From assembly GCF_000150275.1 (NCBI RefSeq), contig NW_002060979.1, forward strand, positions 295,732 to 359,731: a stretch of 64,000 nucleotides of DNA, given 5' to 3'. Positions within the stretch are counted from its first letter, which is position 1. Every line of letters starts with the position of its first letter. Shown here one piece after another: positions 15,801 through 27,500 of this stretch. The position numbers were made by a program, and so were the translations under genes. The notes beneath the pieces are model-generated. The model worked only from the letters and a program-made list of their open reading frames with translations. It had not been told where the DNA came from and made no database searches. This DNA is from Trichoplax adhaerens. Taxonomy: Eukaryota; Animalia; Placozoa.

Positions 15801-18477
15801 AAACGGACTTAAGATTATTTTTACAAGCAATCATTTCATTACAAAATCATATAGCATAAGCTTACATCCTATAGTAAACGTATAATCTAATACCGTTAAT
15901 AAGCAGAAATTGACCCTGGTTAAGATGAAATGGATAACTTTTAACACGTGACTAATAGCTTATCAATATCTATATTAAGACGATATGTTATACACATATA
16001 TATCTAGCTATCATCAAAATAGCATAGATTAACATCATTGAAATCATTACATGGAACAATCTGTTATTTAGAATTAACCCTTCAAATAATCGCTTTAATA
16101 ATAACAAGTTTATTATTGAATTATATAGAAAATCAGCAGGTACCGTACGAATTAGATATAGATTATTATTCGTCACCGAACAAAACTTATCTATAATTTG
16201 GTTGAATTGCGCAGCCAGCTTCATTTCTACGGTCGGCATAAACCTAGTTACTTCAAGTTCTATCACCGGTATTTCATGATTTCATGATAGTATAATCCTA
16301 CTTAAACAATAAAATCGACTATGTATAACGGTAGATTATTCTTATTGTAATTACCAGATTATGATGAATGCATAAGTGGCAAAACCAATCAATGCCTCAA
16401 AGATGAGTTGTGCGTTAATTTACTTGGCACTTATACATGTCGCTGTAAGCCTGGGCTATATCGAAATGCAAGCGGCATTTGCAACGGTTAAATAAACATT
16501 CGAGATATAGTTAATTGTTAAACTTTCTCTCAATTATTATAACATTTCTAGGCTATGACATGTATTATACTGCTTATATTGTCATCTCTGGCTATTAAAT
16601 CTGGAAATGAAATAAGTTACTGTACACTATCTGCAATAGAATTATTACTGAAATTCTGCTACTCTAGTTCTCGACATAATTTAGTTGATATAGAAAATAA
16701 CATAAATGCTCTAATACTTTTTAATTTGATTCCTATAAGGTACAACAAAAATGATCGTTATGTTAGTAGAGAAGAGGACCTAAGATTAAATTTCTTCTGT
16801 TTTAGTTTGCCAGTCAGGATACTGCTTAAACGGAGGCACGTGTAAAATTATACAGGAGAGGGCAATTTGCGTGTAAGTTTTTGCTATGGTTATTAATGTA
16901 TGATGAAATAATCATCATACTAAAACATCTGTTAATCTGATTTTAATTAATAAAAAATAATCATCTGTACTATACTATAGATGTATTACTCCTTACCGTG
17001 GGCCAACATGCAATATAGAAGGACTGAGAAGTAAATCCTTATATCTCGTGTTTTGATAATTACTCGCGTATCAGCCTTGCTGTATGATAATATAAAAGAT
17101 AAATATCAATTTTTAATAGCCACTATCCTGCTCGTTATTTATTAAACAATGCTACTTGCATGGGATATAAATTTAAATCGTCATAATGTGTCTCAAAATT
17201 GAACTTTTAATTTTATATGCATATCATAATTTAACAGTTTCTACTTCTTTCGGAATTGGAATGATATCAATTAGTGGAGTATTATTCCTCTTCTTGATGA
17301 TCCTTTGTGTTCGAGCTTATATCAAGATATTAAATAGGTATAGCACCTGCCGCTCATGGGCTGCTAGCTAGGACTCTTTTTAGACTGTCTTTAGGCAATG
17401 CTAGATATTATTATGCAATCTTTTAGTCAGCGTTCAAAAAGATTGGAAAACATTGAGATTTTTCTTTATTTGGAGATATTCCTGTAGTTAATGCTTCAAT
17501 TTCACATATTGCTAGTAATTGCATGTTAAAGATTTATATTTGATTTAAGGCAAGAGCTTGAAGATGAACAATGTTTTAGTGAAACCTTAACAATATTAAA
17601 ATTATAGCGCGGTAGCAATGATAAATAGATATAGCAGCAATACTTGATTTATCGGATCAATAATAGATTGATTAATAGTAAGTCCTTTTAATACTATATT
17701 TATGATAACGAAGCGTATTTTTATCGGTATGCTAGAAGTTAGTTTAAGATTGTAAGACTTTAAATTAATGTAATGAAATATTACTAACGATACTACCTAT
17801 GATAATATAAATATTAGGAGAGAATTAGAGAAGGATTCAGAAGAGAATCATCACTCAGTAAGGTCGAGAGTTTTTAGCTCAAGTAAGTTTGCATGAGATA
17901 AGAGCCAAGGATTATACTTATGGGGAGCTTCAGCTTCAGTAAATATCTTTACTAATAGTGCGAAATCGTTTTCCTAAATGGATAAAAATCATAGATATGC
18001 TGCCAGGTTACTTTTCTTCCACTTAATAAATATGAGCAATAAGAATAGATAGAGATTTAGAAATATTGGAAGTTTTGTATTCATAAATTTTATTCTGTCC
18101 AAACTTCTGTAGTCTCATCTACTGTAGCATTCTAATTTAGCGAATAATGTTTATCAAACATGCAAGATGATAATAGACACTTTTGATACTATAGGCATCT
18201 CGCTCTTTTATTTTTCTCTATCCATATATTAAATCATAATTCATTTTGTGATTACAACTTGATGCTTAGCTCATACCTACAATAAAAGAAATAAATTTAA
18301 TTTCCAATTAACTTCAGTAAAACAGAAGAGTATGGAAAGTTCTGAGCTTAACCTCGAACCCATTAAAGAAATAGCAGGACGAAATCAGGTTTGTGAATTT
18401 CTGTATTGAAGGATTGTTAAATATGAACTCCATAATAATTATTGCTATTCTAGGACGAAAATCAAGTCAATAAATAG
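12815..18477 (+). CDS. Gene B: type I membrane protein, signal peptide-SEA-cbEGF-split EGF-TM-cytoplasmic tail (~292 aa)
   Basis: Exons 12815-12853 (MKIAVAFAIICMM), 14845-14893 (VLSAAG...), 15100-15182, ~15655-15716 (least certain), 16129-16268 (SEA-like KSAGTVRIRYRLLF), 16358-16486 (DYDEC cbEGF), 16806-16872 + 16981-17030 (split EGF), 17238-17337 (TM, in ORF 17186..17371), 17818-17882, 18318-18388 and 18454-18477. All are in frame; AATAAA near 18507 and 18598. Confidence 0.78.
12966..13596 (-). mobile_element. Solo LTR, family 1 (631 bp), in intron 1 of gene B
   Basis: TGTCACA...TGTAACA termini, flanked by ggctt/ggatt (5-bp TSD, one mismatch). Near-identical to the copies at 23440, 58018 and 60095. 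Confidence 0.85.
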
Positions 18478-19682
18478 AGAAATGACGTCGTTGTGACTCG
18501 TGAAGAAATAAATTAAAGGATTATATTTGATTAAGCAACTTTAATACTATTAGCTCATATTATTTGCTTAAGTAATAGATATTTCATATTTTAGCTTAAT
18601 AAATTGCTATCTTAATTGTTGCGGTTAGAGCAGTGCTCGTTATTACAATTACATTAACTCACGATATCGCTAATATTGTAAGGCTCATGCAAACCTTGCT
18701 CTATTGTTGGTATTTTGGAGTAATGATTTACTGTAGTAATAGAGCATTTGGACGTAGTGTTGACAATTTTAAATAATCATTGGATTCAGGTGAAGGACTG
18801 TTATGTTTATTTAGTTGTGATGTATCTATTTTTTAGAGAGCTAGAGTACCGGCTATGTTTAAATTCCCTAAGTTCAATAAGATTCTAATTTATTTTGTTC
18901 TGAGGTCTTTCTCGGAATTTATTTTATGTGAGACATAAGATTACTTGAAATAAGCTTATACTGACTAAAATAAAAGTGAAATTTACGCCTAAAATTGAAA
19001 TGTCGAACTATCTCAGATTCAGTATATTGCCTAGTGATCGGTTACAACTTATGCATGACTACGAGTATTATATCTCTTTAGTATTGGATTTACCTCAAAG
19101 ACTTACCAATATCTGATATTAATACTATGCATTAAAACTTCCGATAAATTTTTGGCATTCTTCTTAAAGCAATGATGTTTAAATATATTAATTCTCGTTA
19201 AATACTGGACTTTTACTGACATTTGCATATTGAGTTATTCGAATTTAACATCTGAATGCAGTAATGTTTGATTGTTTATTATTGCCTAGGCCGTTACGAT
19301 TCGTCATCAGATATTTTACTTACAACAAAATTCTCGAAAGTTAATCTTTAAGTGAACGTGATTTGGCGCCATTTTGGGCTTTAAACTTGATTTACTTGAG
19401 GTTAATTTTACTATGATGAATAATACTATCGATAGAAAATACCATTTTTATCTATTAATATGAATATTAAATTAGCTTTAATAGAGGTAGAAGGGAAAGA
19501 TAGTTTGTTAATGAGCTGATTAATATTAAATTGACATTGCTAACGTTTGCCGAAATTTGCGTACTTTACATGTTGAACTTTCTCAACGTAAGAGTAATCT
19601 TTGCATCAGAATAGAAAAACACTTTCTACAACGTCTTTAATTTAGCCATATCTTGGTTTATTAGGATGAAATTATAATTATA

Positions 19683-20175
19683 AGCGTTTGCTGATAGTTG
19701 AATCATACCTTAATTTTCAACAGCATTGAAATAGGACGACATAGACAATGTGGTAGTTCTAGCTAAAAAATATTTCTGTATATCTTACATCAGAATATAA
19801 TCCTTATTATGAGAAGAAGCGTTTGCTAATAATTGAATTATATCTGAAGCTTCAATAGAGTTGATACAGAGCTGTATGGACAATGCAATGCCAACTAAAA
19901 ATATTTCTATTTATCTTCATCAAAATAAAACAGCCATTACATGAGTTTTCTTATAGTTGCACTATATCTTAAGTTTTAATAGTATAGAAATAGGACTGAG
20001 TTGATAATATAATGCTAGCTAAAAAACATTTCTATTTATCTATAATCAGAATGAAATCATCATTGTCAGAGTTTGCTAATAATTGCATATCTTAAGTATC
20101 AACAGCATTGAAATAAGACTACAAAGACAATGTAATGCTAGATAAAAAAATATTTCTGTTTATCTTCTATCAATA
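19683..20175. repeat. Degenerate tandem repeat, ~4 units of ~125-135 bp
   Basis: The motif string g(c)gtttgct(a)ata(g/a)ttg...tt(c)aa(c/t)ag(c)attgaaata(g/a)gac...gacaatg(t)aatgctagctaaaaaa(c/t)atttct(g/a)tttatct recurs at ~19683, ~19818, ~19944 and ~20069. Confidence 0.8.
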
Positions 20176-20644
20176 TGTCAATAATAGACTTTCAATAAAT
20201 AAGTTTTTTGAACAATACTACGCGCCGATTTTATTCAATAACTTGTTATGCGTGGTAATATCTTCAGTTATCACGTGGTAATAAGAATCTTTTGCCTAAA
20301 GCAGTCTATTAAAGACAGAAGTTTGTATAAATTTGTTATTTAGTATAACTTTAATAGGTAGCTACCGTCATAGGTTAATATCTACCGCCTAGAGACCTGT
20401 TTAATGATCTCTGAGAAGATAAATTAATGGTCATGGTGATTCAAGGTCGAGCCATGCCTTATGCGATTTTGCTATCAATCGTGGTAAGAATTAGAATGAT
20501 ATTATTTTAAAAAGCTTTACGGTTTGCACAAAAAAAGGTTTATAGAGAGCGATTAAAGCTGTTAAATTATAAATTAATTATATAATGGATAAATTTTATT
20601 TGGATTTAATTACTGTATAATGAGATATTTTCACGCGTAGGCAG

Positions 20645-20732
20645 ATGATGGCGCTGCAATAGTGGTTTAATTCAGTCTCTTTGAGACCATCACAGCTCAT
20701 CATTTCCATGCTGATTTTATTTACTATTTTAG
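20645..20732 (+). CDS. Candidate signal-peptide (first coding) exon of gene C
   Basis: Frame MMALQ*WFNSVSLRPSQLIISMLILFTIL then G|gtaat (phase-1 donor). ATG 20708 spliced to 24577 gives [16 protein letters not shown]. An in-frame TAG at 20660 disables the upstream ATGs. Confidence 0.45.
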
Positions 20733-22195
20733 GTAATATTACTATGTTCAACTGTCTACGGAAGCCAAATTCAGCTTAAAAGTGGTTAGTGAACTAAAAT
20801 TATTATTGTAACTGTAGAATGTAAAATAAAATTGATTACCAAGTCTAGATGCAATCGGTGCAAGTTTTTCATTCCTAAAGTATTTGACCAAATAGCTTTG
20901 GTACATTAGTCTATAACTCTATCTTCAAACTACTTTGAAACACACTAAGGGATTGAGATTATGACTTTATTACTGTAGTAGAGGGACACAAGGATTACGT
21001 CTATGAACAATGAATTCATTTTTTGCTTTAGTGGATTTCTAAATTCTCCACTATATTAAAATTATTATTTTTTGGGCTATATTAATAAATCGGTTAGAAA
21101 TAGTGTGCATAAATATGACCATACAGTTATTTGAAATCAAACAATAATTTAAAAAATTTAGATTTGTCATCACATTGGGAAATAACCTGTTGATCTAACT
21201 TGAGGACTTAATTGCTTGGATTAGCTTTTCATAACGTGAACGACTAACGACATTTAGCACTGCCATCAGGATTTGATTCAATAAAAAGTGTTCTTTAACC
21301 TTATACTAAACGCTGTTGGCACGATATTTAGTATAAATTAAAAATTTTACCGAAATTACTAGCAGCTTAAATATTTTATTAATTATCGTACTGATGTGAG
21401 AAAACTAATTGAAACTGCTAAGACGGTATAATGGTTAATGTTCTTTGATTTTGATTTACGTACATAAGGAAATGAAAAATCTTGGGATATTAATTAATAC
21501 AAAAATTTGACTAGTTTATTATACTAATTGAGAAGTATGGCTCTATTCGTAGTTTCTTGTTTGCTATTGCTGCGATAAATCTACCTGTTTCACGTGAAAC
21601 TAAATTATAATATATATGGCATGGAAGAAATAGAATGCAGCTCCAATTAATAAAGGCACCATCGATGAAATGATCTTATAGAATTAGTTAGCATGATTTG
21701 TTCCATTTACGTTGTTAAGGATCTCAAGAAATGAACTATCTGATTTGGATTAAGATAGATTTGCAATTGAGACATTTGAACGTGACGTTACGAACTATTT
21801 TGCTATAAATTTATTATTGAATTCATAAGAAGGATAATTAGAAAATTTTTTACTTGAAATTACTCGATGACGTTTTTGTAGTACTTACATATATTACACT
21901 AAAAAATCCTTAAACAGCTATAAATTTTCCAGTAAATGATAAACAGATTGTGTTACAGAAATAATTTAAACCTATTGTTAAGATTTGATATCGATGATGA
22001 TAAGTTCCTAAATTATGAGATTTCAGAGTTCAAAGTAGAAAGAAAAATTGCTGGTGAAATTAGGCGATACTTGTAGGATAATTTATCGGAGATTACCGTA
22101 CGACCACTTTTGTGGTACAAAGCTACAATACATTAAGCACGAGCTTTGATTTTGTTTTGCATGCAAAGCCGTACAGAGTTGCAATAGTTTGTCAG

Positions 22196-23260
22196 TCCAT
22201 TTGACACCATTACAGATTACTTGCAGTAATGGCGATAAATGCCTGACCCAGTCAGAGATCTTTAATGAAAAAAATTATGGTTCTATGGCAATTATTCATT
22301 AACAATAATTTCGTGGGCGATAGCCTAAATTGTAATACCTCAAGCAGTCGCGGCGTATTTCATATTAAAATGAATTACTTGCAATGATATCTAACTTTAT
22401 TATACTTAAACAAAGTTGAATATCATGGCGAATCTATGTAACAAATCAAGCTTGGTAAACGAAGACCTACTAGGAAATATCGTTTGCTAGTTAGATCATC
22501 AAAGCTTTATCGCTTTTTATCATTCACTTAATATAGTTTAGAGTGAAACCTGGTCCTTTAAATTACATCTACAACAACGCAACTTTTGAACAGTAACAGG
22601 TAGCTCATTTTCAAAACTAGGACTATATATATGGAGAAAGTGGTTAATAGGCAAATAATCTGTCTTTTATTGGAGACATTACAATGCATGAATCATCTCA
22701 CAGTAGTAGTAGTAGCTCTTTGAATGGAACTATAACGTAATAAATGACGTCGGGAACGAATATATTTATTTCTTGCGGATGCATTATCAGTCAGCTAATG
22801 CGAACACTGGTAATTTGGACACTCTAATTCCTATTATGTTTCATTATTGCATGTAAGCGAAGCCACTGAAAAGCGGGTAACTACTACAGTTGCAATAAAT
22901 CAAGCTAATATGGACTAGATTGTGCAGAATAGCAATCCAACTACGTTGCAGTGGAGTAAATAGGATAGAATATTCTAAATAGATATGGCATTATGTTAGA
23001 AGATTTAGACAGTACAGCTAGCAAGTTTAAATTATCGTTCTAGTCAGCAATCTGGAAATATCAATATGACATTTTGTAGAAATCATAATGAATAGCCACA
23101 AGATAGTATTATTTATAAAATATAAGAAGCTGTGGATAAATGGTTAATATAGCATAAATTTCAGGTGTTCAGACGGTAGCTTAGGTTAGCAAATTGGAAA
23201 TATCAACAGGATCGGAATTTTGGAGAACTTATATGTAACTAGCACCAAATAGTATCAGTT
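22196..23260 (+). pseudogene. Decayed extracellular-domain exons (LDLa-like ~22196-22290; SRCR-like ~23166-23240) upstream of the intact exons of gene C
   Basis: LTPLQITCSNGDKCLTQSEIFNEKNYG resembles LDLa C-x-NG-x-C-x(5)-CNG-x-NDC with single-base Cys/Gly/Asp losses, then a stop. After tttcag at 23165, DGS-RLAN-GNINRIGILE (frameshifted) resembles an SRCR start (VRLxNG...GxLEV). Confidence 0.4.
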
Positions 23261-23439
23261 ATAAAATGCTACGAGCTATGGATATTGGATAGTCAATATC
23301 GAATAAATTTCGGATGCTTATACCAACTAAAAAATTACCGCAGATATCAATAAAATACTGCAGGTGCTATCAGGTTTGCTAATGTAACATCTACGTTATT
23401 AAGATTAGAAATATAATTTATAATTATGAAGATAGTACC

Positions 23440-24071
23440 TGTTACAGTGTTAAATACTGTATTACAGTAGAAATAACTATGTTAGGATAATTCTATTAGA
23501 CTATCCTTATTTAGTTAACTTCTAATTTGGATATACTGTGTTTTAATATAGCACTGACTTTTTATGACAGTGACACTTATACACATACTGAAATTAATAG
23601 TTATAATAGGGAATGCAAATCATCTACTTACAGTTCGAATCATTGTGATTGCAATTTACTTATGGTAGACTGTAAATTATCATGGAAATGTTCCGTGACA
23701 GGACATATCGTAATCTGACTATTCTGTATTAGTCATTACATGTCTATGTTCGTAAATACTGTTGTCTGCATTAAGGGAGCAGTAGCTAAAATTAATATCT
23801 AATTCAGTAAATGATTCTAATGTTAATTGTATTAACTATGAATCATGAACTATTGAGGAGTAATATATAAAAATGCAGTATATCGTGAAATAAAGTGAAT
23901 TCTCCAACTTAGTGTTTAACGTAAAATACGAGGCGTTTAAGTCTTTGTGTAGTCTGCTAGTAGAGCAAAAGTGTTTGTGATAGTGTAGATATCGTTCCTT
24001 GATACGTGGTTCAAGGAATTAACTTATTGGTCGTGCATTACGTTATCTTGCTGCAAAGCTGTTTTGTGACA
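23440..24071 (+). mobile_element. Solo LTR, family 1 (632 bp), sense orientation
   Basis: TGTTACA...TGTGACA termini with perfect 5-bp TSD gtacc (23435-23439 and 24072-24076). Internal TATATAAA (~23864) followed by AATAAA (~23889). No primer-binding site or internal domain adjacent. Confidence 0.9.
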
Positions 24072-24576
24072 GTACCCTAAGACTGAAGTAGATTATTCTC
24101 ATTCTTGAATCGCATAAGTAGCAGGTTTTATTATGCTACAAGTACTCCGCCATTTCTTATGAGTCATCGTAGCGCTTTCTTCTTCATCATTAGCACATTG
24201 CTTTTGTTTGACAACAGGATACAATTACTTCCCTAAAGGCGTGGTGCCTTGAAGAAAAGATCGATTACTAGTTGTTGTTTTCAATTACAGATAGCGTTAA
24301 TTGACTGTTGAATAGAAATTAAAGTCTATTGTTGATATTATTGAAATTGTCGAATACGTCTGTTAAATATGTTAATGAAGTTGTTTAAAAAGTAATATAT
24401 TTCAATAAAATTATTGGCCTGCCTAATCGTCAATAATTTCCGGTTAATACATCATTGTAGCCATAGTAGAAATACTACTAGATGATCATGACGTCAATGA
24501 TTTTCGATCCAGCTATTGCATTTCATAATGAAGGGGCAAGGAAATATTCTTAGCTAGGATTAATTCTTATTAATAG

Positions 24577-27500
24577 GTCGTGCCTCTACCACTGCTTGCG
24601 ATAGCCAACCTTGCTTCCATGGATATTGTCAAAGCATTAATACTAATGAGTATCGATGCTTATGTTACAATGGTTACCAAGGACAACTTTGCAATGAAGG
24701 TTTGATTCAATGCTTATTATAATATCTTGGAGGATGCAATGTCTGAACTAATAAATTAACTATACTCTCCTTTGTCTGTATTAAGCCTATACGTCTTGCT
24801 ATAGATCTTTTGAATATTAGAAAAAGTGCATCACTTTGTTATATATCAGAGCTATATTATGCTATTGCATGTTACTAATAATGTCTAAATTTGAAGTAAA
24901 GATCGTAATGCTGTTCACTGATACGAGTGTAAGCATTTTTCATTAGTTAATGCTATATTGTAACGAGCAATTTTAAGGAAGAATTTTACCGTTTATTGCA
25001 TGCTAATCTACAGTAATCAAATATTTTCTCAAATCATGTAATATTGCCTGGTATGAAGAAATACCAGACCCTTTGCTATTAAGAGAAATTAATTTAAAGC
25101 CTATAGTGTCGTAGTTGCAGGCTGTATTATGGCAAAATGAATTTGATTCTATTTTTGTTTGATAGCTATAAATGCATCTGGGTTACCATGCGGCAGTAGC
25201 CCCTGTACGGCTGGCAAGTGTGTTAATGTAAGAAATGAAACCGGAATTGCCTACTTATGCCTATGTAATTCCCAAAATTCAACTTCCTCTTGTGTGCCAG
25301 GTATTGTGAAGTCTGTCAATTCTTAATTTACTTAGTGTTATCATATGAGCTGAGGAGTCAAGCTTTAATATTTTAGTTTAGTCACAAAATATGTACGTTT
25401 AATCATGTAATTAATTAAATTTCATTTAAATTTACAAAATATCCGACTAAGTTAATCATAGAAAACCAATGTACAGTAGTTAATTATGCTAGTAATTTAA
25501 TTTTATATAATTGTCACACTTTCAATTCTGTGACAAAGAAATGAAAAGTAAAAGTCTATAAGTAACTGCTGACTTAAACCCCCTTTTAATAAGCGTTAAA
25601 AGACACAGGGAAGTACTGTGAAGAGAGAAATTCTATTAGCATAGACGCATTTACAACTTTTCACCAACATAACTCAACTCAAATGTTCCCATTTATATAG
25701 GAACCGTTTAATTTGTAAATAACTACAGTATAATTATGTTATCTTACTAGGAGAATAATCTAGAACTGAGATACTCCTTACATAGCTTTTTTTATCAGTA
25801 AATATTTTTGATCTCTAAATCATACTAAATTTTCATCTAAGCATGTACTCGTATGTTGTCTGGTTCAACTGTCATTAGCAAGAACTTGAATCATCTTACT
25901 ACTATCTATACATTATAATAATCAATATCAAATACGTAATAAACTATCATAAATAATATCCACGTTAAAGCATTGCTTATCTAGTACTGCAAATATGGAT
26001 ATTTTTGATATTAGCTACTACCATACTTATTAAAATGTCCTAAGAGTAAGATATCACTGTAACAGTAATCATGCCAATAATTTGATTGCGGTTGAAAAAC
26101 ATCGAATTTTATTCTGATTTGATTGTACGTAACTAATGTACTTGATCATTTCGATAAATTAAATTTCACTTAGAATACAGCCGTTGTCCTTCGCCATGTG
26201 CGAGTAATCCATGTTTAAATGGTCAATGCTCCGTAATTAATAGAGGTACTACTTATGCCTGTGGCTGTTGGCCAGGTTATACCGGCAAAAATTGTGAGAG
26301 TACAGGTAAATCTGGAGTAGAAATTTTCATGAATCAATTAATGAGTTAACTAAATAATGGATGGTTCTTAATATTAATAAATTAAAAATCGAAATCGTTC
26401 GTGATTGTTATCTGTATTTGCCAGTTATAGCACAGATATTAATGTTTTGGCATTTTCTTACTGTATTGCTATTTTATGTATGCAATCTTCGCTCGTATTG
26501 TATCTTGGCACTTTCAATTGGACGGATTCTTTAATATGTAATTAACATGGAAATATTTCTAATTAATTAATTGCGGCCTTTAAAAATTTGAATTAATGAG
26601 ATTTTTTCCTCATAACATTTATAGTATGGTTATCAAAACACTCTAGCACACTGGCAAAGCTGCTCCGTGTATAAAGGATCATTTTGCGCTGGCCACGTAA
26701 ATTATTTAGCAACTAAATTGAACGATGCTAACAAGTATGAAAAATCACTGAGTCTTGTCTATTCATTCGCCCAAGCCACAGGTGGTATGCCGTATGAATG
26801 TCTGAGATTTAGTAAACCCTACGTCTGTAGCTCACTTTATCTACAGTGCTACAATGGAACATCATTTAATAGTATGTGTCAGAGCGACTGCTTAAAATAT
26901 CAGACTTTCAGAAAGAATTGCTTTTCCGGTATGATTGGCAGCGATAAAGAATTTGGACTTAAGTCATGCTCATCCATTAAACAAAATAATCCTCCACAAT
27001 GCTTTCATATTCAAGGTAAAATTTCGTCTATAGATTAATGTCATACAACTTTTAGCTTTATATTTAAATTCCACTTTTAATAATTTTGCTAACATAAGCC
27101 GCCTCTCATAAATATGTATAATCCAATTCCGTTCTTTTCAATTTAATATACTTGATTACGGTACCTTACTTAAGTATCAACAGGAATAGAGCTACAGGGA
27201 GCATGGAATATGAATTGGATAGCAGTTTTCTTGCTTTCATCAATTGCTAATTTAATATTTGCATTCTTCTTTACATAAATATGAATAAATATCATTGGTA
27301 TTCAGATCCACCAAGGTAAGTTTTGAATTAAACTATGCTGCATATGCCATTATCCGTATCATTTTGAATGTTTCTTTAATTAGAAAAATGTCTGCTGACT
27401 ATTATGGATGTATTAGTAACAAACGAGAATCTTTTCCTGCTAATATTAATCAAACTTTCCCTTTTCTGTTTTATTCTTAGCCCTGATGTTATTGATTATA

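Noticed and set aside
15988-16266. Minus-strand 92-aa ORF, and similar shadow ORFs at 27486, 27514, 28188, 28629, 32992, 33737, 34902, 39591 and 61965
   Set aside because: Antisense or alternative-frame shadows of real + strand exons.
19683-20175. Repeat array as a CRISPR-like locus
   Set aside because: Units are similar along their whole length with no unique spacers; eukaryotic context with no cas genes.
21586-21601. TGTTTCACGTGAAAC(T), a 15/16 match to bacterial parS
   Set aside because: Single occurrence in intron-rich eukaryotic DNA; best read as an E-box-centred palindrome or chance.
22702-22715. (AGT)4 run as a left Polinton terminus pairing with 48266
   Set aside because: No inverted-repeat similarity beyond the triplets, no matching TSD, and a host gene lies between.
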